DNA from: Felis catus
Lineage: Eukaryota
DNA: 64,000 nt
Reading direction: 5' to 3'
Assembly: GCF_018350175.1 (NCBI RefSeq)
Contig: NC_058368.1
Coordinates: forward strand, 143,346,001 to 143,410,000
Shown one piece after another: positions 11,251 through 24,085 of this stretch. A model generated the notes under the pieces. That model did no database searches. It was not told where the DNA came from and saw nothing but the letters and a program-made list of their open reading frames with translations. Position numbers and translations under genes: made by a program. Numbering within the stretch: the stretch's first letter is position 1; each line of letters begins with the position of its first letter.

Positions 11251-13687
11251 GTGAGTTAGGGGGCTTCGGAAAGGGACGCAATGGTGTAGGCCCAGGTCGG
11301 GGGCGGGGCTCGGGGAACTTTTCCTCAAACCGCACTGTTATGTTTGCGTGGGAAGTTCCGGCGATCTTTCTTAGACGTCCCAGACGTATGGGCGGCCCCA
11401 AGGCTGCTGCACTTTTCTGAAGAATCTTAGGGCCGCTTACTTTTTCCACTCGTTTCCTTTCCTCGCGCCCCGTTCTCAGTCTAGGAGCAAAAGAGGAAGA
11501 CCGTGTTGGGACCCCTGCATGGAGTTTCAGAGGGTGGTGAAAAAATAAGGTAAACATCTGGATTAAGTATTTAAAATGTAAGGCTTTTCATCAAAGGGGC
11601 CTCAGTTCTTCACTTTCCAGGGAAGTGCTCAGTCTAGGACTCTGTCAGATTGTTGTACCCTTCATTTCCCGGTCAGCCTTGGTAGATAGACTCGTCATCT
11701 GTCTAGGCCAGAGCACGATGGGGTTTATGTGTCTCACAATTTCTTGATTATCCAAATACCGTCTTTTCTCTCCTTCAGCTCTTTGTTTAAAATAGGAGTT
11801 ACGTGCTTAGATTGCGGATACCAATAGGGTGAACCGAAAAGAAACAGAGAAACTAAAACTCAGGCGAAATGGGAACTTGTTGGCGGATATGTGGTGTGTG
11901 ATTTTGTGAGGGAAGATCATAACTGAACACTAAATCTGTGTTTTGTATTACAGGTAACATACTCTTCTTGTAAATTCTGTCTTGGACGGTTTATTACCAC
12001 AAGGCTTTTAATACGTACAGCGAAGAGGCTCACAATATTTAGCCAGTGGTAGTAACATTATTTTGTTGGTGTGATGGCCCCAATTATGTCTAGTCTGGAA
12101 ATGCTTTTTCGTACAGGCTTTAGGTGGAACAGGCCATTTATCAGTCATTTAAGAAATGGCCATTTCAAACCACATGACAAGATTTTTTTTTTTTTTTTTT
12201 TTTTTTTTAGCTCTGGGTTGGTATCTAATTCCTAATCAAAAGGAATGTCCTTTTCAAAACTCGCAAGTAGTTTTGACAGTGGGTGAGCAGGATATAGGAT
12301 TTGGACTTTTTGCGTTGTGGAGAAAAGAAGTGAGTTTAGGAGGTCAAAGGCATTTGAACAAAGTGGACAGATAACTTGATTTAGTTGCCATAGTTCTGGC
12401 TTTTGGTTTTTATACTGGGGAGATTCTGCTTTCCAGGGAATCCTGATTATGGAAGGAATTACGTAACCTTGAAAGTTCTCTAACTGGTTGGAGAAGAGTC
12501 AAATTTAGGACAGAAATTCCAGGTTGTGAGTTACAGGACCAAATACCATATCACTAGGAATTACTTTGTAAACCACTCCTGTACACCCTTGTCTCCTGTA
12601 TGATTATTTACAAATAAGCGTATATAATTTCCCATTGTGTCAACCTTAGTCAAGAAGCAACTTTAAAATTCTTTCCTTAAGAACCATGCAACGGTTTTAA
12701 AACACATCTTCAGAAGTTCCTATATCATCCTATTTTATTGTCACGAGCATTGAGAAGCCAATAACTTTAAAGCTAAGGAAAATAAGATACCAGCAATAAT
12801 CTGGATTTTCTTTCTTTATTGTAGAATTTCTTATCCCTGCTATCACAGTTGATGTGGAATCGTGTTTTATGTAGATCATCAAATAGACTTACTGAAGGAG
12901 ACTTTCATTCAGAATATAAAGAAAAAGATACAAAATTTTGTGGCGGTCTCTTTAATTCTATGGTAATAGGTGTGTCGGATTTTATACTCTAAAGCTCTAT
13001 ATTCTGTTTAAAAAATGGTTCCTCAAATTGTTTTTGATGGATGATTATTTTTGGATTATTTATATTATTTATCTTCATCAAAATCAGTGTTGAAATGTAT
13101 TAGAAAAATATTAGAAAGAGGAATTGAAATTCATGCCTTTTGGTTTACTTCCTGATTTCTAGATGGTCATGCAGGATGCCCATGTTGGGGAGCAGTGAAT
13201 GCCATTGGTTACATTCCCTAAGAATGATCTGACTGTGAGGGCTGGCCTTGTTGAAGCCATACTTCAGGGCCAAGATTCATACTGAGGAGAACCTGACAGA
13301 TACTTTGTTTTGGAGGAACTCCAAAAGCTTCAGTTGCTTATCTGGGAATTTGGGATAGGCTGAACTAGATACCTGCCTTAGGTAAACTTTTGGCTCTGGA
13401 ATCACTGTAAGCTTTTAAATCTTGGATAATTTGGTCATTAGCTTTGTAGAGTATTTGTGGGCCACAAGACATCTTTTGACTTGTTCTTGTTTTGGATCTT
13501 ATCATGTCATGGCATAGAAATAAGGTGAGGTCTAGACTGTTTTGTCATTTTGAGTTTTCAAGTCTTAATGCATGTATATGGGGCTTTATTTGGGTCCAGA
13601 GGAAAAACATAAGCATATTGATGTAAACAAAGTGTCTAGAATTTTAACTATTAATTGATTTAAATAAATCTGAAAATAGAACATTTT

Positions 13688-13914
13688 TTTTTTTTAATTT
13701 TTTTTTTTTTCAACGTTTATTTATTTTTTGGGACAGAGAGAGACAGAGCATGAACGGGGGAGGGGCAGAGAGAGAGGGAGACACAGAATCAGAAACAGTC
13801 TCCAGGCTCGGAGCCATCAGCCCAGAGCCCGACGCGGGGCTCGAACTCACGGACCGCGAGATCGTGACCTGGCTGAAGTCGGACGCTTAACCGACTGCGC
13901 CACCCAGGCGCCCC
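13688..13914 (-). mobile_element. Young feline Can-SINE (SINEC_Fc-type)
   Basis: Intact CpGs, long A tail, TSD AGAACATTTT at 13678-13687 and 13915-13924. Confidence 0.95.
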
Positions 13915-16332
13915 AGAACATTTTAATTTTAGCTTTCTGAATACAGATTCCTTCCCTTGTTTGATCAGTAGTATCTGTATTCCAAGAAAATGAAATATCA
14001 AGCAAAATTCATTTAATGAATTATATTTAATGTTATTTTCTCATGAATCTTATGAAATAGTTATGTTTTGTGGGAGTTTGGGTTAGGGAAACAGAATAAA
14101 GAAAGTCAAGAAAGAAAAGAGCATGAACCCAGACAAAGGCTAGAACATGGCTTTAGTTGCTAGTCTTGAATCTGGCATTCTGTGATTATTACATGTACTT
14201 TTAATAAAGGATTGTCCAGAATCCTGCTTGGTTCAAGATATTTTCCATTTCCTTTGAGCAGTGAAAATCAGGGAGTACAGTTTAGCAGTTATGATAGGAA
14301 TGATTAAAAAAAAAAAAGTATCCTGTAATGAGATACAGACCTGCTGAAGGGAGTTGATGAACTCTTGTTTTCTGGAGGTAACACCTTGTCTCTGGTTCAG
14401 ATTAGAGTGTCAGGGCACTTGGGATGAGATCTGATGGGATCCCACGACTCTTATTCACAATCCATTATAAATCTTGGCCTAGTGAATCTCACTCATTATC
14501 TGTGTACATCCTTGGAACTTTAGTCTTGCAAAATTGAAAAAAAGCAAGGAACAAAGTGTGTATGAGTGATTTATTAGTTTCTTCACAGATCTTTCTCTTT
14601 TTCTATCCTGTTTTCTCCAGTTTTTCCAACCATCTGGTCTCAATACCCAGAGGCAGCTATTATTTCTTTTAGATGCTTAAGTGTTATTTTCCTCTGTTAT
14701 TCTTCAAAAACTTCTATGGCTTGTTTTTAAAATTGACATCTACTGAAAATTAGAATTCAGCACCTTAATGTAGCCTCCCTTATCATTAAATTGTACTGTA
14801 TATGAACATGTAAATATATATAGCATATTTTAATAATATACGTAATCTTTAAATAAATATATGAAATAGATATGTAATATGTTACAATTTTGTTTAGATT
14901 GATATTTTTAATGTTTGTGTTATTGTGAGAACCAAATAGATAATGATTATGTATCCTTTTTTATATGACTTTTTGAATGTGTGTGTGTGTGTTTAGGTAA
15001 TTTCTTTTTAACTTGCTACTTTTTTGTTTGTGTGATTATTTTTGCTCCTCTCTGTGGTCAAATGCATCAGGTAAACTGCCAGTAAAGTTCTAAGTTTTTT
15101 TCTCCTTGAGTCTCTTCTTGAAACCCTTCATCCTCTTGCTCTGATTTAAGCTGGTAGCTTTCCTTCACCACTGTTCTGGGGAATTACTTTGTCTCTGCCC
15201 TACAGCAGGTCTCCCTTTTCTTAGATCCCAGGTTTTTTGTTTTGTTTTGTTTTGTTTTGATACTTGACATGTCTGAACATGTTTTTATTCTCCCTTGCAG
15301 TGATAGTATGGCTCGGTATAGAACTGTAGCTTGAGAGCATTTCCTGCAGAGACTTGAAGGCGCTAACTTCATTGTCTTGTAGTTTCCTCTGTTGCTATTG
15401 AGGATTTTAAAGTCATTTTGATTGTCAGCTCTTTATAACATTTTCCTCTTCTGTAATATAAGTTTCTTTTTCCTTATGTTCTGAAATCTTACCATAATAT
15501 ACCTTGGTATATACATTTTTTAAGGTGCGCTTTGTGCTCATTAGGTCCTTTAAATCTCAGGATTGGTTTTTTTCAGTCCTGGACATTTTATTGTTTTGTT
15601 TATTTGATAATTTCCTTCTGTGTGTTTTCTCTCTTCTACAGGAACTTCTGTTATGTTGGATGATGGACCATATAGTTTGATTCTCTTATATTTTTTTCTC
15701 TTATTGTCCTGCCTCCTTTCTGCCTTTACTAGTTTTTCCTTTTTATTCTAAGAGATTTCCTCAGTGTTCTTTTAACTTTCTGCTCAGTGTTTCTGCTTTT
15801 AATTTTATAATTTCGAAGAGCCTTTTCTGCTTTTTAAACAGTATATTGTTTTCTGGTGTTTTTTTGCTTTAATTAATTAATTAATTAATATATTTATCTT
15901 GCTCTTGGAATTGTTTTTGTTTATTCCTGGATCTTTTTTCTCTTATGGTGATCCTTGAATGTTTATTTTAAGTGAGAGTGCCTAGAAATCAAATTGGAAG
16001 CTCTGTGTGCATGGGTGGGCAGTTTAGTAGTAGACTTTACTGTAGTTTGCTAGCAGGCTTAACTTTTTCTTCCTGGAAAACTGTTACTATATTATAGGTT
16101 CTCTGGTTACCATGTCATTTGGTTTCTTTCCCAGTACCATAAATGGGTTTTCTGATTGCCTGCATTGGGAGGGTGGGCTGGGGATCCTATTTTCACTTTG
16201 TTGATTTTACTTAATACTTGATTTGTTTGTTACTTTGCCCTACTCTTTGTAAGTTTGTAGCCTTTGGGATCAGTCATTGCAAAGTATAAATCTCTCCTGC
16301 CTGGGTCAGTAAATGGTTCTGATTGCTTTGTA

Positions 16333-16760
16333 CAATAGTTCCCCTGCTTATTCACACAGGAGACATACTAAGACCCCCAGGGAATGTCTAAAACTGTGGG
16401 TGGTACCGAACCCTATGTATACTACGTTTTTTCCTGTATATATGTACCTTCGATAAAGCTTATAAAGTACAATTAATAATAAAATAGAACAATTATATTA
16501 CTATACTGCAGTAAAAGTTTTGTAAATGTTGTCTCTTGGAATATCTTAATTATATTGTATTCTGTGATGATGTAGATGATAACATACCCATATGATAATA
16601 TGAAGTGAGGTGAATGGTGTGTGTATTATGACATAGTGTTAAGCTGGCTACTATTGACCTGACGATATGTCAGAAGGAGGATCATCTGCTTCTGGGCCAT
16701 GGTTGACCACAGATAACTGAAACCACAGAAAGTGAAATTGTGGGTAAGGGGGGACTGTTA
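16333..16760. mobile_element. MER44-like Tigger MITE
   Basis: Ends caatagttcccctgcttatt / gggtaaggggggactgtta; internal aagacccccag...gtaccgaaccctat...ataactgaaaccacagaaagtgaaa. Confidence 0.72.
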
Positions 16761-17385
16761 TGTATGTTTTCCCCATTGCTGTGGAACGGGCTCTCTTTTA
16801 TGTGACGTCCTTCATATAAATTATTTAGACTTTGAAGGAAATCTCAGAATTTTATAGGTATTAGGCAGTATGGATTCCTTCCTTTGTTTGAGTTGATCTG
16901 TAAGAAGATGTGTAAGATCTATATCCTAAGAATCAGGTTGTCATATTATGGTTTATACCTTTGAATAAATTCAACTGGGTATAAATGTAAGAATCTGTAT
17001 GGCTTCATTAAATGTCTGTCCTGAGTGGTGTCTTTTTTATTATCAGAGTATGTGGTGATAACTTGATTTCTGAAAGATCTGTTGATATGAGGTTGAATAC
17101 ATCACAAATTAGAAACTTGCATTTTTTTTTTATCATTTGCATGATATTCTTAATCTAGATTTAAAATTCATTATTAACAAGTTTTTGGTTACTTGTAGTG
17201 GGACTTAAGAGATCTGTTAAAACTTTAGAAATAACTTTGTAAGTAAAATTCATAACTTGGTAAATAATTGTTTTAAATAATAGATATTAGTTATTACTGA
17301 GTTCAGTATTTTCAAGATATAATAATTTGTCTTTTAAAACTATCCTAGGTAGAAGAATACATGTTCACTTTTAGTGAACAAGAGC

Positions 17386-17522
17386 ATGTTCCCAAACTCA
17401 ATTTTGGGTCGCCCGCCTTTCACCCCAAGCCATCAACAACATAATAATTTCTTCGCCCTGTCACCAACTCTTTATTCACACCAGCAGCTTATAGATGCAC
17501 AGTTCAACTTTCAGAATACAGA
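17386..17522 (+). CDS. TENT2: TENT2 exon 2, first coding exon: MFPNSILGRPPFTPSHQQHNNFFALSPTLYSHQQLIDAQFNFQNT(D). Exon probably starts at 17349.
   Basis: Translation matches the recognised N-terminus of mammalian GLD2/PAPD4. ATG context agcATG, acceptor cctag|, donor AGA|gtaagt; 137 coding nt. Confidence 0.96.
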
Positions 17523-17643
17523 GTAAGTATGGTGTTATTGGCCCATATCGTTTGTAAATTTTGTGTTCTAATTGAGAACATTTTTATGTTTATATGTTGC
17601 ATTTTCATATGAAATGTTTGAAGTTAAAAAAACTGTCATTGTT

Positions 17644-17837
17644 GGGGTGCTTGGGTGGCTCATTTGGTTGAGTAACCGGCTCTTGATATTGGCTCAGGTC
17701 ATGATCCGTTCGTGGGATTGAGTTGCTACATTGGGCTCCATGCTGAGCATGGAGTCTGCTTAAGATTCTCTCTCTCTCCCTCTGTCCCCTACCCCACTCG
17801 TGCTCATTTGCGCTGTCTCTAAAACAATAATAAAAAA
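17644..17837 (+). mobile_element. Can-SINE inside the 426-nt intron 2
   Basis: ggggtgcttgggtggctca... with flanking gtcattgt duplication. Confidence 0.88.
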
Positions 17838-17948
17838 GGTCATTGTATTGTTTTTTCTGATCAGTGAAATATTTAGTTTTTTATGAAATTGCTTTTTTGT
17901 TTAAGGGAAAAATGTTTATTACTATTGTTCTTTATGTGTTTTTGGTAG

Positions 17949-18038
17949 TTTGTCAAGAGCAGTGTCATTACAGCAGTTGACATATGGAAATGTCAGTCCA
18001 ATACAGACCTCAACTTCTCCGTTATTTCGAGGAAGGAA
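17949..18038 (+). CDS. TENT2: TENT2 exon 3: (D)LSRAVSLQQLTYGNVSPIQTSTSPLFRGR(K)
   Basis: tag| ... GAA|gtaagt, 90 nt, phase 2-2, continues the frame. Confidence 0.96.
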
Positions 18039-18323
18039 GTAAGTACTTCTTAATTATTTTAAAAGAAAAGTTTGCATTTCTCTGAACTGTAGCTGAGTGT
18101 TTCTTGTATTCAGATTGTGTGGACATTATGCCCTAAATTTTATTTTCTGGAACCTGTGAAGTCATTCCTGTGACAAAATTTTGAAACTTTTATATTAAAT
18201 TTAAAAAATTTTAGGGATACTTTTGTTGATTTATTACTGCCATTGCAAATTTTAGATGGAATGAAGCCACATTTTTCAGAAGACTACTTTTAATTGAGAT
18301 TTTAACTAAATTAGATTGTTTTC

Positions 18324-18681
18324 TGAATTAGTTTGCTGGGGCTGCCATATCAAAGTACAACTGATTGGGTGGCTTGCACAGAAATTTATTTTCTCACAAT
18401 CCGGGAGGCTAGAAGTCCAAGATCAAGGTGTTGGCAGGTTTGTTTTCCTCTGAGACCTCCCTCCTTGGCTTGTAGATGGCTGCCTTCTCTGTGTCCTACA
18501 CGGGCATCTCTGTGTTTTCTGTGTCCTAATCTCTACTTCTAAGGACACTGGTCATATTGGATTAGGGCCTACTTTTAATGACACCATTTTAAGTTCTTTA
18601 AAGACTAGATGTTCAAAACAGTCAAATTTTGAGGTACTGCTCAACCATTAGAATTTTGAGGGGACACAGTTCAGCCCATAA
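18324..18681 (-). mobile_element. MLT1-type MaLR solo LTR
   Basis: ttagtttgctggggctgccat...aaatttattttctcaca...ggaggctagaagtccaagatcaaggtgttggcagg...gggacacagttcagcccataa. Confidence 0.82.
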
Positions 18682-20507
18682 TATCTTCTTTCTAGTAAAA
18701 TTCACTATTCAATTTATCTAAATCTTACACACCTAAGGTTCTGTAATATATATTATTATAGTAAAAATTTCTGCATGTTTAAAGCTTTCTATAGAGAAGT
18801 CAGAGTCAACTAATTTTAACCAATTAGAAGAAATTGATGTACCACAAAGTAATTATAATAGAATTTTAGAGATGATTATTAAAATAAGGTTTGGCAGTAT
18901 TTGCAAGATATAGCTGCTGAATGCCTATATAAACATTCCATAAATTTATGTCCGATTAAAAATAACACTAGCTAAGAATTATTGATCATTCATGTAGTAG
19001 CGTTGTTCTGTGGAGTTTACAAATGATTTAAGTTTCACAAAACTTTATGAGATGAGTACTGTTATCCCTCTTCTGTTGAGAAAGATGAAACAGAAGTTAA
19101 GCAACTAGTTATTCAGGTAGAGGCACACTTAGGATTTGGACCCAGGTAGTCCGGCTCTAGATCTTGTGTTTCAAAGCACTGTGAGTTGTTCTTCAAAGTT
19201 ATCATTGTGGAAGGCTTTATAATGATGCCAAAAGTATTGGCTTTAATTGAGATTTTAATTTTTTTGAAATTGCCTGGATAGCCAGTTTGTGAATCACAAA
19301 TGAAAACAAATTCCATTGGCTCATAGTTGTACTTTAAAAACTAAAATTGACATTCTCAAGAGAAGCAGCATATAAAGCTAAGTCACTTTTATGTTAGCAG
19401 ATATTAAATATACTCTTAGGTTTTTAGTACTGTACACTTTTACTTGTGAGTAGGAGTTCTACTTATTTTGGGGGTCAAGGAGAGAGGAGTTGGTGTAATC
19501 CTACTGGGGTATTACAATAAAAAACCTTCGGATGGCCGTGACCCAGTAGTTGGACCATTTCCCATGGCCGAAAGTATTGTCTGTATGAACAAACTTAATA
19601 TATCAATGAAGTAAATATCTTTTTTTAGACAAATAATTATTTTCATTCTGGCTTTTATTTTGAAAAATTTTATGCCTCCAGAAAAATTTAAAGAATAGTA
19701 CAGTGAACATCTGTATGCTGTTTACCTAGGTCCATTAAAGTTTTGCTTCATTTGATTTCTTTGCCTCTTTCTCTTTATTCCTACTTTTTTTTTTTTTCCT
19801 GAACCATGATGAAAAATTGTAGACATCATTTCACTGTACATCCGTGCATTCCTGCTAAGAACAGGGATCTTTTCCTAGATAACCAAAATACATTAGTCAT
19901 GCCCAAGAAATTTAACATTAATACAATACTGTTATGTGAAATGCAGTTAGTTTTCATATTTCTTTAGTTGTTCAGTGTCTTTATAGCTTTTTAATATGAT
20001 CTTTCCAACTGATGAACCGGAATATAGGTGGACTTAAAGACCCTTTTTAACTATGTAACACTCAGTTCACTTAATTTTATTCTCATTCTTTAGAATTTGG
20101 GTTTTATTGTCAGTGTTTCTATGAATGGAAATTTTCCTCCAAAGTTTTAACTGCTGAGATAAAATATTGGGATAGTTCTGCAGGAGACTAACCCTGATAT
20201 ATATAGTATATAGGTTTAAAAATATATACATATATATTCTATAAATTATATATATACATACATATGTGTGTACATATATACACACATCCACATACGTACA
20301 CACACATTATCAGTATGCATTTTTCCTAAGGTGTTTTTCTAAGGCTTCTCTTGTGCTCAAAATGAATATTTTAAGATTCACGTAGAACTAATAATGTGGC
20401 CCCGCTGAAAGAGTCAATATTGGCATTTGTTATTTTTATAGTTTTAATTGTTTTCTGTCATTAGAAAGTTATATCTTTAATTACTAAGGTATATTGCTTG
20501 TTTTCAG

Positions 20508-20745
20508 GAGATTAAGCGATGAAAAAAACCTTCCTCTTGACGGTAAACGGCAGCGTTTCCATTCACCCCACCAAGAGCCAACTCTAGTTAACCACATAGT
20601 GCCTTTATCAGGTGAAAGAAGATACTCAATGCCGCCATTGTTTCATACACACTATGTACCAGATATAGTCAGATGTGTTCCACCTTTTCGAGAAATACCA
20701 TTTTTAGAACCTAGAGAAATCACACTGCCTGAGGCCAAAGATAAG
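20508..20745 (+). CDS. TENT2: TENT2 exon 4: (K)RLSDEKNLPLDGKRQRFHSP...EITLPEAKDK, including a bipartite NLS-like motif
   Basis: ttttcag| ... AAG|gtaata, 238 nt; corresponds to ORF-track 20494..20760. Confidence 0.97.
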
Positions 20746-21639
20746 GTAATAATAATATAGATTTTAGTTTTACCTTTTGGAAAGTTGATATAAATAATGT
20801 ATTAAAAACATCAGAAATATCTAATGTTTTGGATTAAATAGAATATGTCTTTTTTTGCACTGTTTAAACTATTCAACCTAGTTTTCTGTCTAAATTTGAT
20901 TTTTTGATTTTTGTTAGCTTTTCTTTTATGGAAGTGTAGCTTTCATATCAGGAAATCAGATTTTCTCTGATTCGTAAAAATCTGGATTAGAACTCAAAAC
21001 ATTTGATTTCTTAGTTTAGAGAACTCTACTGTTACTTATTTTTATTTTAGAGAAGCACATTTTCATATGGTTATTATAAATGTCAAAAAGCATTTCCTTT
21101 TGGGAGGTTTGTGTTCGTCATGAAGTTTTTGAATGTCAAAAATAGCGAATCCAGGAGTCATGGAGAAATTGATACAATTGATATGATGCAGAAAGATCTG
21201 TCAGAAACATTTGTAAAAAGCATTTCCAATAAATGAAATAAAGCTGTTTAATAATTCTTGCAAAATGACATTATCAGCATTGGGGAACAATGAGTTATTT
21301 AACACTAATATTAGAAGCATATTTACCCCCTACCCCCAAATAATTTTAGGTAATTTAGAGGAGTTTACAATGTAAATATCTGTGTTCTCTTGGCTTGTCT
21401 GTGGATTACATTTTGCTGTTTTTACATTTTCAAAGCTGCTCCACTTTTAAGAAATACTGACATCTGTAGGCTAAGGAGAATGATCCTGAAGGGAGTATAG
21501 TGACTTTGTTTTACTCATCTGTGGGTTCCTGGCAACCAGCATAGGTCTAGCATGTTGTAAATGTATAGAAAATGTTGGATCAAAAAAGGAGCACTTGGTT
21601 CATTCTTTAGTTGTGCTGCTTTTTATTCCGTCATCATTC

Positions 21640-22835
21640 TTTCATTGTATCATAAAATTCACTCTTTTTAAGTATACAGTTCAGTTTTTAGTATATTCAC
21701 ACAGTTGTACAGTGATCACCACTCTAATTCTAGTATGCTTTCATCGTCCCCAGAAGAAACATGTACCCGGTACCAGTCCCTTCCCCGTCCCTGACCTTCC
21801 TCTCCCTTACCACCTGCCCCCCTTGGTTGCCACCAGTTGATTTTTTTATCTCTATGGATTTGCTTATTCTAGACATTCATATAAGTGGAATCATACATTA
21901 TGTGGTCTTGCTTTTTTAACTTAGTGTATTTTCAAGGTTCATCCATGTCATAGAAGTGTCAGTTCTTTGTCTCTTTTTATAACTGAATAATATTCTGCTG
22001 TATAGATACACCATTGTATTTTGTTTATGCATTCATCATTTGCTCAGCTTTGGGGCTGTTTCTTCTCTTTGGCTATTCTGAATAATGCTGCTATGAAAAT
22101 CTGTGTACAGGTTTGTATGGACATGTTTCTATTTCTTTTGGGTGTATGCCTAGTAGTGAAATTGGTGGGTTAGGTGCAAATTCTATGTATACCTTTTTGA
22201 GAGCTGCCAGTGTTTTCTAAAGTGGCTGCACCATTTTACATTCTCACCACCAATGTATGAGTGTTCCAATTTATCTACATCCTTGTCAACACTTGTTATT
22301 GTCTGACTTTTTGATTATAGCCATCCTAGTTGGTAAGAAATAGTATCTCATTGTGATTTTGGTTTGCATTTCTCTAATAACTAATGATGTTGGTCATCTT
22401 TTCATTTGTGTATTCAGATCTTTTGCCCATTTTTTAATTGGAGTATTTATTTTTTATTGTTGAGCTGTAAGTTCTTTGTATATTTTGAATATTAGACCAT
22501 TATATATGATTTGCAAGTATATTCTCCCATTCTTGATTTGTATTTTTCCTTTCTTGATGGTGTCCTTTGAAGCACAAAAGCTTTTCATTTTAACCAAGTC
22601 CAATTTATCTTTTTCTTTGGTTGCTTGAGCTTTTGGTGTCGTATATAAGAAACCATTGCCTGATCCAAGGTCTCAAAGATTAATGTCTATGTGCTATTCT
22701 AAGAGTTTTATAGTTTTAGCTCTTAGATTTAGGTCTTTGGTCCATTTTGAGTTTTAATGTGATATGAAGTAGGGGTCCAACTTCATTCTTTTGCTGTTAG
22801 TCCAGTTGTCCCAGCACTATTTATTAAATAGATTC
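21640..22835 (-). mobile_element. L1 3' fragment (L1MA/MB-like)
   Basis: Antisense L1 3' UTR and ORF2 C-terminal sequence. Confidence 0.85.
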
Positions 22836-23909
22836 TATCATTCTTCTGTTAATATGAAGTAGAAAAGCAATTAGGTAAAATGAGTGGGAGGGAGGATGAG
22901 GCAAAGTAAAATGGGAAAAGACTAACTTGAGAAGTTTTGGTACTGTTTCTCTCCTCCCTCCATTCTTTGTCTTTTCTTTGCTTTCTCATTTTAAAGAAAC
23001 TCTTACAATGCTATAATGTAAAAGCCTATGGTATAAATCAAATCTGACAAATTCTTTAAGTGAATATATAAGAATCTTTTACTATGAGTTTTTAATTATG
23101 TATACAGACTCATTTTCTATGGAATTTATAAATATTGAAGCTTTCTATCTTTTTGTATGTATTTATATAGTCATAATAGGTAACTATTGGAACTAAGTAA
23201 CTGCTAGTTCTGCATGTGGACGAGGTATATGTTGAGTGTCAGTAAATTTAATAACATAATTTACATTAGTCAGTATATATCATTTAGTGAAATATGGTTC
23301 CATATCAGTAACTTTTTCTGTGCGTAGTAGATTAGAAAAAGATCTCTTATATCTCATGTTTTTTGGAGTAAGCATTTGTGTCAGAAAGGTAAAGATATAT
23401 TTTGTTAAGCAAATTTTTTTGAGTGCTATTCTCTACCTGCCTAGTTGTGGGAGAAAGAAGGCAAGCTATTAGTTTTGTGTTCATCCTTTAAAAGAACACT
23501 TTTAAAGAAAACTAACACTTATTGATGCCTTTTCTAGGCATTCATATGTTATATCATTTAGTCTTTTCAACAACCCCATGACATGGATATTATCCTAATT
23601 TTACTGAGGCTCAGAAAGCTAAATAACTTGTTCAAGGTCACAGCTAGTAACTGACACAACCACGATTTGACCTTTGTCTCTAATAATACAAAGAGGAGGA
23701 ATTTAAGATGTTTAAAATCAGAGGTAGGGAGATGACATTCTTAGAATTGACTATAACACCAGGTGATCTGTGAAAGTAATAGCTAATATTTAGTGGCTTT
23801 CTTTGCCAGCAGTGTGCTCAATGGTTTCTATCATTTACCTCTGTTTATCTCTGCTACAGTATGAAGTGAATAGGAAGTCCAGTGTGAAAAAAATGGAGTA
23901 GTGGTTTGG

Positions 23910-24085
23910 GTGACAGAGCACAAGTGGGGGAGGAGCGGGGGGGGGGGGGACACAGAATCTGAAGCAGGCTCCAAGATCCGAGCTGTCAGCACAGAGCTCA
24001 ATGTGGGACTTAAACCCATGATCTGCGAGATCATGACCTGAGCTGAATTTGGACACTTAACGGACTGATCCACCCAGGTGCTCCA
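23910..24085 (-). mobile_element. Can-SINE lacking its A tail
   Basis: SINE body present, with a G-run in place of (GA)n and no poly-T. Confidence 0.85.

Larger units (their letters stand above)
10600..11480. promoter_or_regulatory. TENT2: CpG island / TATA-less promoter of TENT2
   Basis: The only GC- and CpG-rich stretch in an otherwise AT-rich, CpG-poor window, lying ~6 kb upstream of the first coding exon. Confidence 0.9.

Noticed and set aside
10513..11557. Several overlapping 60-163 aa ORFs on both strands at the CpG island
   Set aside because: GC-rich DNA lacks stop codons. The peptides are low-complexity with no recognisable domain, and many start at non-ATG codons.
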